Positions 29,369 through 40,013 are shown, numbered from the stretch's first letter. The stretch is 64,000 nt of DNA from an uncultured bacterium (GCA_964652195.1 CAZZBB010000060.1:39003-103002); one strand, 5' to 3'. The notes: generated by a model not told the origin, from the sequence alone. Numbers and translations are program-made.

Positions 29369-30298
29369 CTATCCAACTAAGTATTTGAATACAGCAGACA
29401 GGTTGTCATCGGGTGAGTAGAGTTGAGATATGTGCAATTCATTCTCAATGATGATTTGGGGGAGTCGCGCATAAAAAGCGTCAGGTTTCGCAGTTTCAAT
29501 TATCACATCACCGGGTTGATTTCCAAAGGTAACACTCAGTATATCTTCATAGATAAGACACGTTTGAGCAAGTCTACGTGGGTCATCTGCACTCAAGTAG
29601 ACCTTATGCGGGTGTTCATCAATCAATTCTCGTATATCGGAGATATTACCCTCTGCGAGGATGCGTCCTTGATGGATCAAGAGAATCGTCTGTGTTATTG
29701 CTTCAATTTCATACAGGATATGGCTTGAAACTAACATACTTATTCCTTGCTCCGCAAGTTTGGAGATTAATTCCATGACATGTCGTCTTCCAATTGGATC
29801 AAGTCCGGTGAGGGGTTCGTCTAAGAATAGAATTTCAGGTTCATGTACCAACGCTTGTGCCAGTTTAATACGTTGCCGCATCCCTTTGCTGTAGGATCCA
29901 ATAGGTTTTTCTGCTGCAGGCAACATATCAACGGTTTTAAGCACGTTAGTTGTTTTTTCGTGTGCTTCACCTTTATCATATCCACTTAACGTAGCGAAAA
30001 ACATTATGAACTCAAAACCCCTCATAAATTGGTATGCAATTTCAATATCTGGACAGTATCCAACACGTCGTGTTAATTCGAAATTGTTCCAAACAGATTC
30101 ATTCAAGACTGTAATGTTACCTTGATTGGGTTTAAGTTGACCCGTCATTAATTTTAGCAAAGTCGTTTTTCCAGCCCCATTAGGGCCGAGTAAACCCGTG
30201 ATTCCGGGGTATACTTTTAATGTGACATCATTTACACCCATCACCTCACCATACCATTTGGACAGATTTTCTGCTTGAACTATAACAGAATCATTCAT
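29369..30298 (-). CDS. ABC transporter ATP-binding protein
   Basis: Walker A GPNGAGKTT. Signature-region/Walker B LFLDEPLTGLDP. Confidence 0.9.
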   Translation of the reverse strand: MNDSVIVQAENLSKWYGEVMGVNDVTLKVYPGITGLLGPNGAGKTTLLKLMTGQLKPNQGNITVLNESVWNNFELTRRVGYCPDIEIAYQFMRGFEFIMFFATLSGYDKGEAHEKTTNVLKTVDMLPAAEKPIGSYSKGMRQRIKLAQALVHEPEILFLDEPLTGLDPIGRRHVMELISKLAEQGISMLVSSHILYEIEAITQTILLIHQGRILAEGNISDIRELIDEHPHKVYLSADDPRRLAQTCLIYEDILSVTFGNQPGDVIIETAKPDAFYARLPQIIIENELHISQLYSPDDNLSAVFKYLVG

Positions 30299-30318
30299 AT
30301 TGTAATCCTATTTCTACT

Positions 30319-31272
30319 CTACGATACAGTATTGCCTTCACAGATTTTCATGGTTGCTTCAAGATTTTCAATCCCCGCCGTTGTACCTATAGCAGTAACA
30401 CAAGCAGCGCCTGATGCTGATGCTAATTGTGCTGTCATTCTAATATCCCACCCTTTGATTGTGCCAGCCAGAAAACCCGCTACGTAAGCGTCCCCTGCAC
30501 CTGTGGCATCAACAATGTTAACAGAATAGGCAGGAACATAAAACTCTTCATCAGGTGTTGATATAAAACTACCTTCTTTACCCATTTTAATACCGATTGT
30601 ACCTATCCCATACTCTCTAAGAAATGTTGTTATAGATTTTAGCTCGGAATTCCCTGTTAGGCGTTCTGCTTCTGTCAAACTTGGTAAGAAAATATCAACA
30701 TACGGAAGGCATGGCTCTAAAGTATCCAGCCATTTTCCTGTCGCATCCCATGCCGTGTCAAGTGATGTAGTGATTCCTAATTCTTTAGCTTTTTTCAGGA
30801 CATTCGCCATCGGTTTTCCATCAAACTGAGGCATAACAAGTGCACCTGCGACATGCAATATTTTCGTGGTTTTAATCAGATCCCAATTGATGTCATTTTC
30901 ACTGAATGTGCCGTTAGCACCAATGTAGTGGCAGAAACTCCTCTCTCCATCGGAAGCAATCGCCACAAAAGTAAATGAGGTATTTACGTCAGCATCCCTA
31001 ATTAGACCAGTTGTGTTTACTTCATTATCGGTAAGAGCGTGTAGAATTATATCGCCAAATTGGTCATTGCCGATCTTTCCGATTACTCCAACGGAAACAC
31101 CCAGACGGGACAGAGCAATAGCTGTATTATTTGCACAACCACCAGAATGAATTTCTAATTGATCAAATAATTCTAACTTACCTTTCTCAGGAAAACGATC
31201 AATTGGTCTACCAAGTACATCAACAACGAAAATACCTAAGGATAACACATCCATATGTTTGCCCCTCAACAT
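30319..31272 (-). CDS. PfkB/ribokinase family carbohydrate kinase
   Basis: GGCANN and DATGAGDAY motifs. 317 aa. Confidence 0.8.
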   Translation of the reverse strand: MLRGKHMDVLSLGIFVVDVLGRPIDRFPEKGKLELFDQLEIHSGGCANNTAIALSRLGVSVGVIGKIGNDQFGDIILHALTDNEVNTTGLIRDADVNTSFTFVAIASDGERSFCHYIGANGTFSENDINWDLIKTTKILHVAGALVMPQFDGKPMANVLKKAKELGITTSLDTAWDATGKWLDTLEPCLPYVDIFLPSLTEAERLTGNSELKSITTFLREYGIGTIGIKMGKEGSFISTPDEEFYVPAYSVNIVDATGAGDAYVAGFLAGTIKGWDIRMTAQLASASGAACVTAIGTTAGIENLEATMKICEGNTVS

Positions 31273-31290
31273 ATCTACGATAAAATGAGA

Positions 31291-33264
31291 TTACATTTTA
31301 GAATTAGGTTCATCAAGATATATTATAACCAATGTTTCATCATTATAGGTAACAATTCTATCTGATATAAGTTGGTCTGTTGGTAAGAATCTGTCCAATT
31401 CAGAAGTCCAACCAATTAATTTGTTGTTACTTTTTTCTACGTCCTTTTCAGGCACGTCATCTGAGTTTAGAAGATATTGTAGTAATCCTTCGCTTTGCAA
31501 TAATTGTGCAAATGATTTTCGGGATCCATTGAGATGTCGGTTTATGGGAAGTTTTGTCAATATCTCACTTGAGGTATCTATTTTTGAGTAATTACTATTC
31601 CCGATTTTCATCGTCCCTAAGTACTTACCTTGATTACCTGTTATTATCCATGTGTTTTCAAGTTCCATATTTGACTGTTGTAAATCCATTGGAAATACTG
31701 CATGATGTGTATACGTACTTGGACCCCATGGCTCTATCTCAACATCTCTCAGTTGAAAAGATTTACCTTGTAAAAACTTAGATGGTTTTTGAATACCATC
31801 AGATTGTAATGGACGAATAAATGTTGTTGGTTTCAAGGGGATAGAGGTTATGTTGTGTGCTGGTGTCCGAAGGGATATAAAACGTTGTAAATTTACCTTA
31901 TTCAGTTCTGGATAAACAGTTAATATTGAAAAACTGTCCTTTTGTATTTTCTGAGGTATAACAACCTTCGCCACACTGATAGTACAAATAGAAAACAAAA
32001 CAAAAATAAAACCACCAATCCAATACACACGATTTCTACTTTTAGATGAACCCTGTCGTTTTTTAAGAAAGAACAGACAACCTAAACATAATACGTATAT
32101 AGGCAATAAAAGTGCCAGTAATTTTACAATGGGTATTTGTGTTGGCATTTTAGACAGGAACAGTTTATGTATTTTATCTTCATGTTGCCGGTAGGGTGTG
32201 TATTTATCACTTACATTTTTATGAGATTTACCATAGTTGTTAAGGAACCATACCCAAAAAGCTTCACCATGTTTAGGCATTGAGAACAAATGAGCATTGT
32301 AATCAAAAGCAAAGCAGATAATTTGTCCACTACCAAAATTTCGTTTTGCAATGTATATCTTATTATTATTTTCTATGATTGCGTCACACCCAGCTTTAAG
32401 TTCAAAACCGATACTATTGAACTTTTTCGTTGAAATTGGCGGATTACTTGAAGCCGATATAGTATTTTCAGTATTAATTTCAAACCGTTGTTTTAAAACG
32501 GTTGGTACATTTTCAATTATCTCTTCACGTAGCAACTTCACTGGGAGAATTTCTTCTATGAAACTATCTTTCAGGTAGCGGTAATTGCTACCACCAGAGA
32601 CAATCAGTGTGCCTCCGTCCTGTATCCACTCAAGTAATGCTGCCTGTTGCTTTTTTGAAAGACGTCTATCAGACAGTGATATTTCACGTAAAACTAATAC
32701 ATCAATAGTGCTATAACCTATCCATGCCGATGGCATTTCATTTGTATTCTGAATGTATTGTACATGAACACGGGTCTCACCATCATCCAATTGTTTTTGG
32801 TCAATTAATCTCTTTAATTTGTCTTCATTAGGAGTTAATGCCAGCAATAAATAGTCTTTGTTTTCAATAGGGGATGTTGGGAAAAAATCTCTTGTAATAA
32901 GTGGTTTGGAAATTTTCTCAATATCCAGACCTTCTCCTGTTCGTACCACTTGTATTGATAGTTTGACAGGAGTTACAGGAATAAAGATATAGAGTCGCAC
33001 ATTTTTACGATCCGTTTTTCTCAGTTGTATTGGTGTTGCATACCTAAATAATGTATCATCAGATATCAAGTTCTTGACTTCAACAATAATTTCACCAGAA
33101 AAAACTTTAAGTTCATTCTGGCTATGCACATGAACACTGAAAGGAACCCATTCTCCTGTTTTATACTTATCATTGTGCCCTAATGTGATATCCTCAATAT
33201 CTACAGAACATAAAGCACATGTAGTCGTAAAAAACAGGATAGAGTATGTTAGGATTTGCCGCAT
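31291..33264 (-). CDS. large membrane-anchored hypothetical protein (possible ABC-transporter auxiliary/GldG-like component)
   Basis: 657 aa. Signal peptide, two central TM helices. Gene order is next to the ABC ATPase. Confidence 0.4.
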   Translation of the reverse strand: MRQILTYSILFFTTTCALCSVDIEDITLGHNDKYKTGEWVPFSVHVHSQNELKVFSGEIIVEVKNLISDDTLFRYATPIQLRKTDRKNVRLYIFIPVTPVKLSIQVVRTGEGLDIEKISKPLITRDFFPTSPIENKDYLLLALTPNEDKLKRLIDQKQLDDGETRVHVQYIQNTNEMPSAWIGYSTIDVLVLREISLSDRRLSKKQQAALLEWIQDGGTLIVSGGSNYRYLKDSFIEEILPVKLLREEIIENVPTVLKQRFEINTENTISASSNPPISTKKFNSIGFELKAGCDAIIENNNKIYIAKRNFGSGQIICFAFDYNAHLFSMPKHGEAFWVWFLNNYGKSHKNVSDKYTPYRQHEDKIHKLFLSKMPTQIPIVKLLALLLPIYVLCLGCLFFLKKRQGSSKSRNRVYWIGGFIFVLFSICTISVAKVVIPQKIQKDSFSILTVYPELNKVNLQRFISLRTPAHNITSIPLKPTTFIRPLQSDGIQKPSKFLQGKSFQLRDVEIEPWGPSTYTHHAVFPMDLQQSNMELENTWIITGNQGKYLGTMKIGNSNYSKIDTSSEILTKLPINRHLNGSRKSFAQLLQSEGLLQYLLNSDDVPEKDVEKSNNKLIGWTSELDRFLPTDQLISDRIVTYNDETLVIIYLDEPNSKM

Positions 33265-33309
33265 TACATCTCCAGAATTTATTAAGAATGTTCTGGATTC
33301 TCTGTACTA

Positions 33310-34149
33310 TCAGATGAGTTGTGCCGGATTATGTGAAAGTTGTGTCTCAGTAGCACCTTCAAAAGCATGTGTACTAAATACACCATTTCCTAACATGATC
33401 ATGGATGCTACACCACCAACTTCCTCAATTTGCCTTATGGTATTTATGACGCGTTCATCGCTTAATAAGCCACTTTCTACTGAAAACCGTTTTGATACAG
33501 CAAAACATGATGTGAGTAACTCTGTATCAGTCTTTGTATGTGTCAGTTTTTGTAAGGTAGTTAATGCAGTGTCAGCGGCATTGTTAATCCGAACTGTTTG
33601 CATGGGATTTCTAAGAACTTCACTGGTGCGGATAGGTCCAAAATACCTATAATAGATGGGTCGGTTAGCAATCGGTAATTTGTCGGCTACTAATGGTGCC
33701 CCCTCCTTCAATTTAACGAGACATCCACCATGGTATTGAGAGCAGACATCTCCCAATCCAGTCCTATTTTCTACTTCGGCTATATGGGTAATCATTGCCA
33801 ATTCTTGATTTGTTTTACCTAACTCATGAAATCTATTTATGGCATACGCTGTTGCCAAGGATGCCGCTCCACTAAGACCAAAACCACAACCCAAAGGAAG
33901 TGAAGTTGTAATATCAACCTTTATACCATCTGGAACAGGACTTAATCTATTAATGACTGCTTGCACAGTAGGAAAGTTAATTTTTTCTCCATTAAACAGT
34001 ATCTTTGTACTGTCATCTTTTGATACAGTGACTTCTACTCCATCTTTTACTGTAAAACCCATACCCAGAGAATGCATACGTGCTGGATCAGTGTGTGGTA
34101 TAATTTTGAATATGCACGATATATTCCCTGGGGCAAAAGCACTTGCCAT
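33310..34149 (-). CDS. GHMP kinase family protein (pantoate-kinase-like)
   Basis: AFAPGNISCIF N-terminus. GHMP motif LPLGCGFGLSGAASLA. 279 aa. Confidence 0.55.
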   Translation of the reverse strand: MASAFAPGNISCIFKIIPHTDPARMHSLGMGFTVKDGVEVTVSKDDSTKILFNGEKINFPTVQAVINRLSPVPDGIKVDITTSLPLGCGFGLSGAASLATAYAINRFHELGKTNQELAMITHIAEVENRTGLGDVCSQYHGGCLVKLKEGAPLVADKLPIANRPIYYRYFGPIRTSEVLRNPMQTVRINNAADTALTTLQKLTHTKTDTELLTSCFAVSKRFSVESGLLSDERVINTIRQIEEVGGVASMIMLGNGVFSTHAFEGATETQLSHNPAQLI

Positions 34150-34222
34150 ACCACTCCTTTCTTCAATATGGTATTGGATAGTAGTTTTTATAATCTATAC
34201 AGACTATAAACTTTTGTTATTC

Positions 34223-35746
34223 TTATGCTGTATTATTGTTCCTTGGATGAAATGCGTCTTCACAATACTTCCCATTGTCAATCTTTGCGGCTTGACCTCT
34301 TCCAGAAACGGCACATCTTGTCCCATCTAATCGTGGTATAACGTATTGCTGAAACCATGTTCCCATTTGTTGACGTAAATCCTTAATCAAGGCTTTTCTT
34401 GATTTTTCGTCAATTAGATTCTTTCGTTCTGTGGGGTCATCTACTAAATCATATAGTTCATGAGGACCATAAGGATAGCGATGCACATATTTCCATTCTT
34501 GGGTACGGATCATACGAACGGGACCGTACTCATCGAAAACAACAATCCTCTCTTTAGCATCGTTAGTCTTGCCAGACAAAGCAGGAACAAAACTCTCACC
34601 CGGGGACGAATCATCGTTCGAATCTGGTAAATCAAGGTAATCGAGAAGTGTAGGCATAAAATCGTACTGGCTCACCATAGCCTCATTGACCTGTCCTTCA
34701 GGAATTCTCCCAAGATGACTCATTATAAACGGCACTTTAACAGAATTTTCGTACATATTTAGTGGAAATGTCCCGTTTCCTTTATGCCAAAATCCATTGT
34801 GTCCACACGAATAACCGTTATCACTACTAAACACAACAAGTGTATTCTCTCGGATATTATGCTGGTCAAGTCGTTCTAAAATCCGTCCGATGTTTAAATC
34901 GAGAGCCGTAATTGCAGCAAAATAACCTTTAAGTGACTCACGATTACCCATGTGCGGATTTGTTCCTCCTGATGCCCACGGATGAAGTGCTTCTTGTGGA
35001 CATGTCTCAAATATGCAACCAGCATAAGAATCTACTATATCTTGTGGATGTCCTTTAAACGGTGTATGTGGAGCATTATAGTTTACACTTAGGTAGAATG
35101 GTCCATCTTGATTTGTGGAAATAAAATCTAAGGCATCATCAGTGATAACGTCAGTGAGGTAGCCTTCTTGTTGCTCTATCTTTCCATCCCGAATCATTTT
35201 GGCGTTATTATACTTACTACCACCAGTAGGCATTGCGAACCAATGACTGAATCCATGTTGGGGTGTGAGACTATCTCCCAGATGCCACTTGCCACTCAAA
35301 CCTACTGTGTAGCCATTTTCTGCTAAAACATCAGTATAGCAGGTCAAACCTTCAAGATAGCGTTCCTGATTTGGAGGCATACTACCGGTTTTTATAAAGT
35401 CGTGAACCCCATGTCCAGACGGAATTCTACCTGTCATTAAACTTGCTCGTGCCGGTGAGCAAACTGGACTTGTACAAAAGAAATTAGAAAAACGTGTCCC
35501 TTCTGAAGCAAGTTGATCAATAAATGGTGTCCTTATTTCATCATTTCCACAGCAACCGGCAGCCCAAGGTCCCTGATCATCTGTTAAAATAAATATTATA
35601 TTTGTCGGTTTATTCACTTTTACCTCTACATTATCACCAATTAGTACGCTTGGAGCAACTGCTACAGCAATAGTACTCGATCCTACATTCTTTATAAATG
35701 TCCGACGTGTGATATTTGAGTAGTGTTTTCTCTCTTGATTTGACAC
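34223..35746 (-). CDS. sulfatase (arylsulfatase family), Tat-signal type
   Basis: Formylglycine motif CTSPVCSPARASLMTGR. Tat-like RRTFIK plus a hydrophobic stretch. 507 aa. Confidence 0.9.
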   Translation of the reverse strand: MSNQERKHYSNITRRTFIKNVGSSTIAVAVAPSVLIGDNVEVKVNKPTNIIFILTDDQGPWAAGCCGNDEIRTPFIDQLASEGTRFSNFFCTSPVCSPARASLMTGRIPSGHGVHDFIKTGSMPPNQERYLEGLTCYTDVLAENGYTVGLSGKWHLGDSLTPQHGFSHWFAMPTGGSKYNNAKMIRDGKIEQQEGYLTDVITDDALDFISTNQDGPFYLSVNYNAPHTPFKGHPQDIVDSYAGCIFETCPQEALHPWASGGTNPHMGNRESLKGYFAAITALDLNIGRILERLDQHNIRENTLVVFSSDNGYSCGHNGFWHKGNGTFPLNMYENSVKVPFIMSHLGRIPEGQVNEAMVSQYDFMPTLLDYLDLPDSNDDSSPGESFVPALSGKTNDAKERIVVFDEYGPVRMIRTQEWKYVHRYPYGPHELYDLVDDPTERKNLIDEKSRKALIKDLRQQMGTWFQQYVIPRLDGTRCAVSGRGQAAKIDNGKYCEDAFHPRNNNTA

Positions 35747-35793
35747 ATCTTAGTCCTCTTGATAGGAACATCTAATTCAATCGAATTAAGATC

Positions 35794-37197
35794 TTACACA
35801 TTCTGTCTCGGAGGAGCATATCTTGGATGGAAAGAATCCTCTCCAAATCGTCCATCACCAAGTTTGGCTGCTTGTCCACCTCCTGTTACTGCACATCTGG
35901 CACCATCTAATTCTGGAACAACATACCGCTCAAACCATGCCCCCATCTGTTGCCGCATATCACTAATTAAGGCATGATGAGACTTATCATCTATGAGATT
36001 CTTGCGTTCACGCGGGTCATTCACTAAGTCATACAGTTCATGTGGTCCGTATGCATATCGGTGGACATATTTCCACTCTTGTGTTCGGATCATACGAACG
36101 GGACCATATTCATCAAAAACCACAATTTCATCTTTCGCATCGTTCGTTTCACCCGTTAACGCGGAGACAAAACTTTTCCCTGGTGACATATCATCATTTG
36201 GATCAGGTAATCCCAGATAATCAAGGAGTGTCGGCATAAAATCGTATTGACTCACCATCGCTTCGTTTACATGTCCTTCTGGAATTCTTCCAGGATGGCT
36301 AATCACAAATGGAACTTTAACAGAATTTTCATACATATTTAGTGGAAATGTGCCATTTCCTTTATGCCAAAATCCGTTATGTCCACACGAATAACCGTTA
36401 TCGCTACTGAAGATAATTAGCGTGTTATCCCGAATCCCCAACTCAGTGAGTCTGTCCAATATACGTCCAACATTTAGGTCAAGTGCTGTTATTGCGGCGA
36501 AATAACCTTTGAGTGATTCACGATTACCCATGTGGGCGGCAGCTCCTTGAATTGCCCAAGGGTGTAATGCTTCCTGTGGACAGGTCTTAAAGGGACAATC
36601 GTCATAAGAATCCACAATATCTTGTGGGTGACCTGTAAACGGTGTATGTGGAGCATTATAATTAACACTTAAATAGAATGGTCCTTCACTATTGGCGGAG
36701 ATAAAACCTAACGCATCATCTGTTATGACATCTGTGAGATACCCAGGTTGCATTTCAACTTCTCCATCCCGAATCATATCTGCATCATTATATTTACTTC
36801 CACCAGTGAGTAAAGTAAACCAATGACTAAATCCATGCTGTGGCGTCAAACTATCCCCAAGATGCCATTTACCACTTAACCCGACAGTATAGTTATTATC
36901 GGCAAGTACATCGGAATAACAGGTCAATCCTTCCAAATATCTTGCTGGGTCAGGGGGCATATTTCCATCACGTATCCAGTCGTGTACCCCGTGTGCTGAG
37001 GGAATACGTCCTGTCATGAGACTTGCACGTGCTGGAGAGCATACAGGACTGGTACAGAAGAAATTGGGAAAATACATACCTTCTGATGCTAATTGGTCAA
37101 TATATGGGGTACGCACCTCATCGTTTCCGCTGCAACCCATTGCCCATGGACCTTGATCGTCTGTTAAAACAAAAATGACATTTGGTTGGTTATCCAT
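35794..37197 (-). CDS. sulfatase paralog without signal peptide
   Basis: Same CTSPVCSPARASLMTGR motif and highly similar to its neighbour. Starts MDNQPNVIFVLTDDQGPW. Confidence 0.9.
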   Translation of the reverse strand: MDNQPNVIFVLTDDQGPWAMGCSGNDEVRTPYIDQLASEGMYFPNFFCTSPVCSPARASLMTGRIPSAHGVHDWIRDGNMPPDPARYLEGLTCYSDVLADNNYTVGLSGKWHLGDSLTPQHGFSHWFTLLTGGSKYNDADMIRDGEVEMQPGYLTDVITDDALGFISANSEGPFYLSVNYNAPHTPFTGHPQDIVDSYDDCPFKTCPQEALHPWAIQGAAAHMGNRESLKGYFAAITALDLNVGRILDRLTELGIRDNTLIIFSSDNGYSCGHNGFWHKGNGTFPLNMYENSVKVPFVISHPGRIPEGHVNEAMVSQYDFMPTLLDYLGLPDPNDDMSPGKSFVSALTGETNDAKDEIVVFDEYGPVRMIRTQEWKYVHRYAYGPHELYDLVNDPRERKNLIDDKSHHALISDMRQQMGAWFERYVVPELDGARCAVTGGGQAAKLGDGRFGEDSFHPRYAPPRQNV

Positions 37198-37241
37198 TAT
37201 TAATCCTCCATAATAGGTGATAAAGTTTATTATCTTCTCTG

Positions 37242-37866
37242 TTATGACTTTTCAGTTGTCGTTCCTTGTTTTTGTAATTCTTCAAGGAGCCAAGCAATGT
37301 CTCGGTAGCACTTATCAAACGAATCTGATCGACGTGCTTGTTCGATGTCAAAGAGGGCAGCAAGCGCAGGTTGGTCAAGGGTTTCACGATATTTTCTATT
37401 ATTCTCCATTTGCTTGCTTAACCACTCCTTTGCCCCACGTATATTCTCCGGACTACTTGGCGGGTTAATGTCATCTTTTAAACCTCTCTTGCCACGAAGC
37501 GATTCAGCAGCGGCAAGAAACCAAGACTCAAATTCTTGCTTAGCAAGAACAACGGCAATCGGTATATTACGAAAAATTGGTGAAATCCGATTTAGTAAAG
37601 TCGGTGCCAAATCTGCCGGACAGTCATCATCACTGTCAAGAATAATGAGTATAGTACCTTGTTTGCTTATACTCCGAATTGCTATGCCAACTGCATGTTC
37701 AAGTTCACCTGTCTTAAAGACCTTATTTCTGGGAAATCTGATGGGAGTAGAAATGACAGGAACGAGTTCAGGACAATGGATTGCTGCTACGCGTCGAATC
37801 AATATTGGCACGGCTTTTACTTCCCCTTTTCCCTCAACAACACATCCTATTTTAACCTCATTCAAG
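37242..37866 (-). CDS. DUF4276 family protein (Toprim-like: conserved E and DxD)
   Basis: VEGKGEVKAVPILIRR, ILDSDDDCP, AKQEFESWFLA. Probable TTG start overlapping the ATPase stop codon. Confidence 0.6.
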
Positions 37867-39132
37867 TGTTCCCTCTTTTTCGTCAGTATCTCTCTTGATG
37901 TAATCAAAAAGGTTAAGCTGTTCCACTTTCGGACCATAACCTTTAGGTAACTGAGTAGGATCGGGTGTAAATTGATCGAGACGTAGTAATTCACCGGCTG
38001 TACACAAGTTGTCCCCCATTATAGATCTTCCTACTTTATCTACAGGTGCGATTAATGTATTACCATCCTGTGCTTCAACTGCAAGAATTGAGTCCACATC
38101 CAAGTGTTTGTCATCAAGCAGATCTGGACTGTGGCTTGTTATTAAGACCTGTCTTTTGTAAGCAGCATCCCGAAGTGCATCAAGTAATACCCCTGATGCA
38201 GCGGGATGAAGGGCGATTTCTGGTTCTTCAATTCCTACGAGTGGTACACTATTTTGTGTGCCTTGATCTCCTTGAAAAAGTGCTACCAAAATTCCCAGCA
38301 CACGGAGTGTCCCATCAGACATGTTATTTGCAAGAAATCTCCAAGTGTGTTTGTCACCAGCAACATCCTGTCTGAATTCCAATGTTTCTTTCGGTCCAAA
38401 TACTTTGACATTTACCTTATGTATACCAGGAACAACTGCTGCAAGATATTCCTCAATGTTTTCCTTCACTGCAGGTGAAAGCTGAGAAAAAATACTCGTT
38501 ATGTTGCCACCGTCACGTGTAAGTACAGCGCGAGGATCCGGTGTTTGTAGGTCTCGGATTTTATCAGGGTTAAGATTATAAAATCCCATTCGAGAAAATG
38601 TATCGTAAATAGGGCGAAATTCAGGTAAACCTGAAGCATTTAACAGATAAAGACGATCCGCCGCAGCCGCAGGTGGAACATTTAAATTTGTGTCAATCAC
38701 AGCACCTTCATCTATATGGAAGTATATATTAGGTGTAAGATGATTGCCATTATACAGTCTACACACCTCTGTCTGAACCCTATATTCAACGTTTTTATCA
38801 CGTGTACGGTCATCTCGTTTACAAGCACCGATGCGGAAGGCATAGTATCCAGTTAAACCATCAGGAATAGCAAATTCAAACCCTATACTAAAATGGTTTG
38901 GGTGTCCTCGGGAACGACGACGAACATCGTTGATACCTCCACGATCGCGTATTGCGTGTTCTAAGGAGTAATTCAATGCATCAGCAACAAACCGCAATGC
39001 ATCAAGAAAGTTGCTTTTACCCGAACCGTTTCGACCTACGAGGAACGTCAAAGGCTGCAAATGTATATCACATGCAGCGATACTCTTATAGTTTTTTAGA
39101 ATGACTCTCTTAATGAACGTTGAATCTTTCAT
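37858..39132 (-). CDS. ABC-type AAA ATPase (AAA_15/AAA_21-like), partner of DUF4276
   Basis: Walker A GRNGSGKSNFLDALRF. Walker B/D-loop GIEEPEIALHP. H-loop LITSHSPDLL. 424 aa. Confidence 0.75.
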   Translation of the reverse strand: MKDSTFIKRVILKNYKSIAACDIHLQPLTFLVGRNGSGKSNFLDALRFVADALNYSLEHAIRDRGGINDVRRRSRGHPNHFSIGFEFAIPDGLTGYYAFRIGACKRDDRTRDKNVEYRVQTEVCRLYNGNHLTPNIYFHIDEGAVIDTNLNVPPAAAADRLYLLNASGLPEFRPIYDTFSRMGFYNLNPDKIRDLQTPDPRAVLTRDGGNITSIFSQLSPAVKENIEEYLAAVVPGIHKVNVKVFGPKETLEFRQDVAGDKHTWRFLANNMSDGTLRVLGILVALFQGDQGTQNSVPLVGIEEPEIALHPAASGVLLDALRDAAYKRQVLITSHSPDLLDDKHLDVDSILAVEAQDGNTLIAPVDKVGRSIMGDNLCTAGELLRLDQFTPDPTQLPKGYGPKVEQLNLFDYIKRDTDEKEGTLE

Positions 39133-39167
39133 TCAGCATTAGACCTTGTTTTGAATTATACCCTTGT

Positions 39168-40013
39168 TTACCGTACATATTCCTCCCCACGGTGTTCAGC
39201 GATCCAAGTCTTCAGTGGTACATCAACATCTGTGGGTTGCCACCAACCTTTAATATCCACACCATCTCCTAACAACTGTCGTCTTATCGGATCACACTTG
39301 TCCAAGATTTCTGGTGGCATCAGATTGTAATCCAAACCACGTAACCATCGATAACTATACCCTATAAAGAAGACTTTACGTATAACATCAGAGAAATTCC
39401 ACCCCCTTGAATGCCACATCCTTCTATCAAAAAGCACTGCTGTACCACGTTTGACAAGAAGGTCTATAGCACCTTCTGGATCAGAATCAGGATCATCTCG
39501 TGGGGGTAAAGAATCAAGTTTGTGGCTCCCAGGAATGAGCCGCATAGCTCCGTTATCGCGATGCGTAACATCAGTTAACCAGTAGCTGACCTTTAATGAG
39601 AGTCGCGGATGCGGTCTTTCCATCTCTGGAACAGGTCTGCCACCATCTTGATGCCAATGTGCTGCTTTTTCAACACGTTGAGTTTCAGGGGGTTCAGGTG
39701 GATACATGATAAGGTGTGAAATATACAGTTGAATATTCCAACCCAAAATATCCCATAGCAGCGGAAATACCTTTTTATTATCAAGCAATTCCAATAATAT
39801 GTCGTCATCAATGATAGTGCGGAACTTTGATAACAACTTATGTGATGCTAAACCTGTTTTTTCACGTTCCTCAGCATCAAGACGGTCAGCTACCACCTCT
39901 AATGCTTCAACCATATCTTGACTGATTGCATCCTCAACAATAAGGTATCCATTATCATTGAAGGCTTTTAGTTGTTCAGTGGTAGCACAATATTCAAGCC
40001 AACTTGTATCCAT
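39168..40013 (-). CDS. phytanoyl-CoA dioxygenase (PhyH)-like protein
   Basis: 281 aa with a PhyH-like N-terminus (LKAFNDNGYLIVEDAIS) and HxD...H. Confidence 0.6.
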   Translation of the reverse strand: MDTSWLEYCATTEQLKAFNDNGYLIVEDAISQDMVEALEVVADRLDAEEREKTGLASHKLLSKFRTIIDDDILLELLDNKKVFPLLWDILGWNIQLYISHLIMYPPEPPETQRVEKAAHWHQDGGRPVPEMERPHPRLSLKVSYWLTDVTHRDNGAMRLIPGSHKLDSLPPRDDPDSDPEGAIDLLVKRGTAVLFDRRMWHSRGWNFSDVIRKVFFIGYSYRWLRGLDYNLMPPEILDKCDPIRRQLLGDGVDIKGWWQPTDVDVPLKTWIAEHRGEEYVR

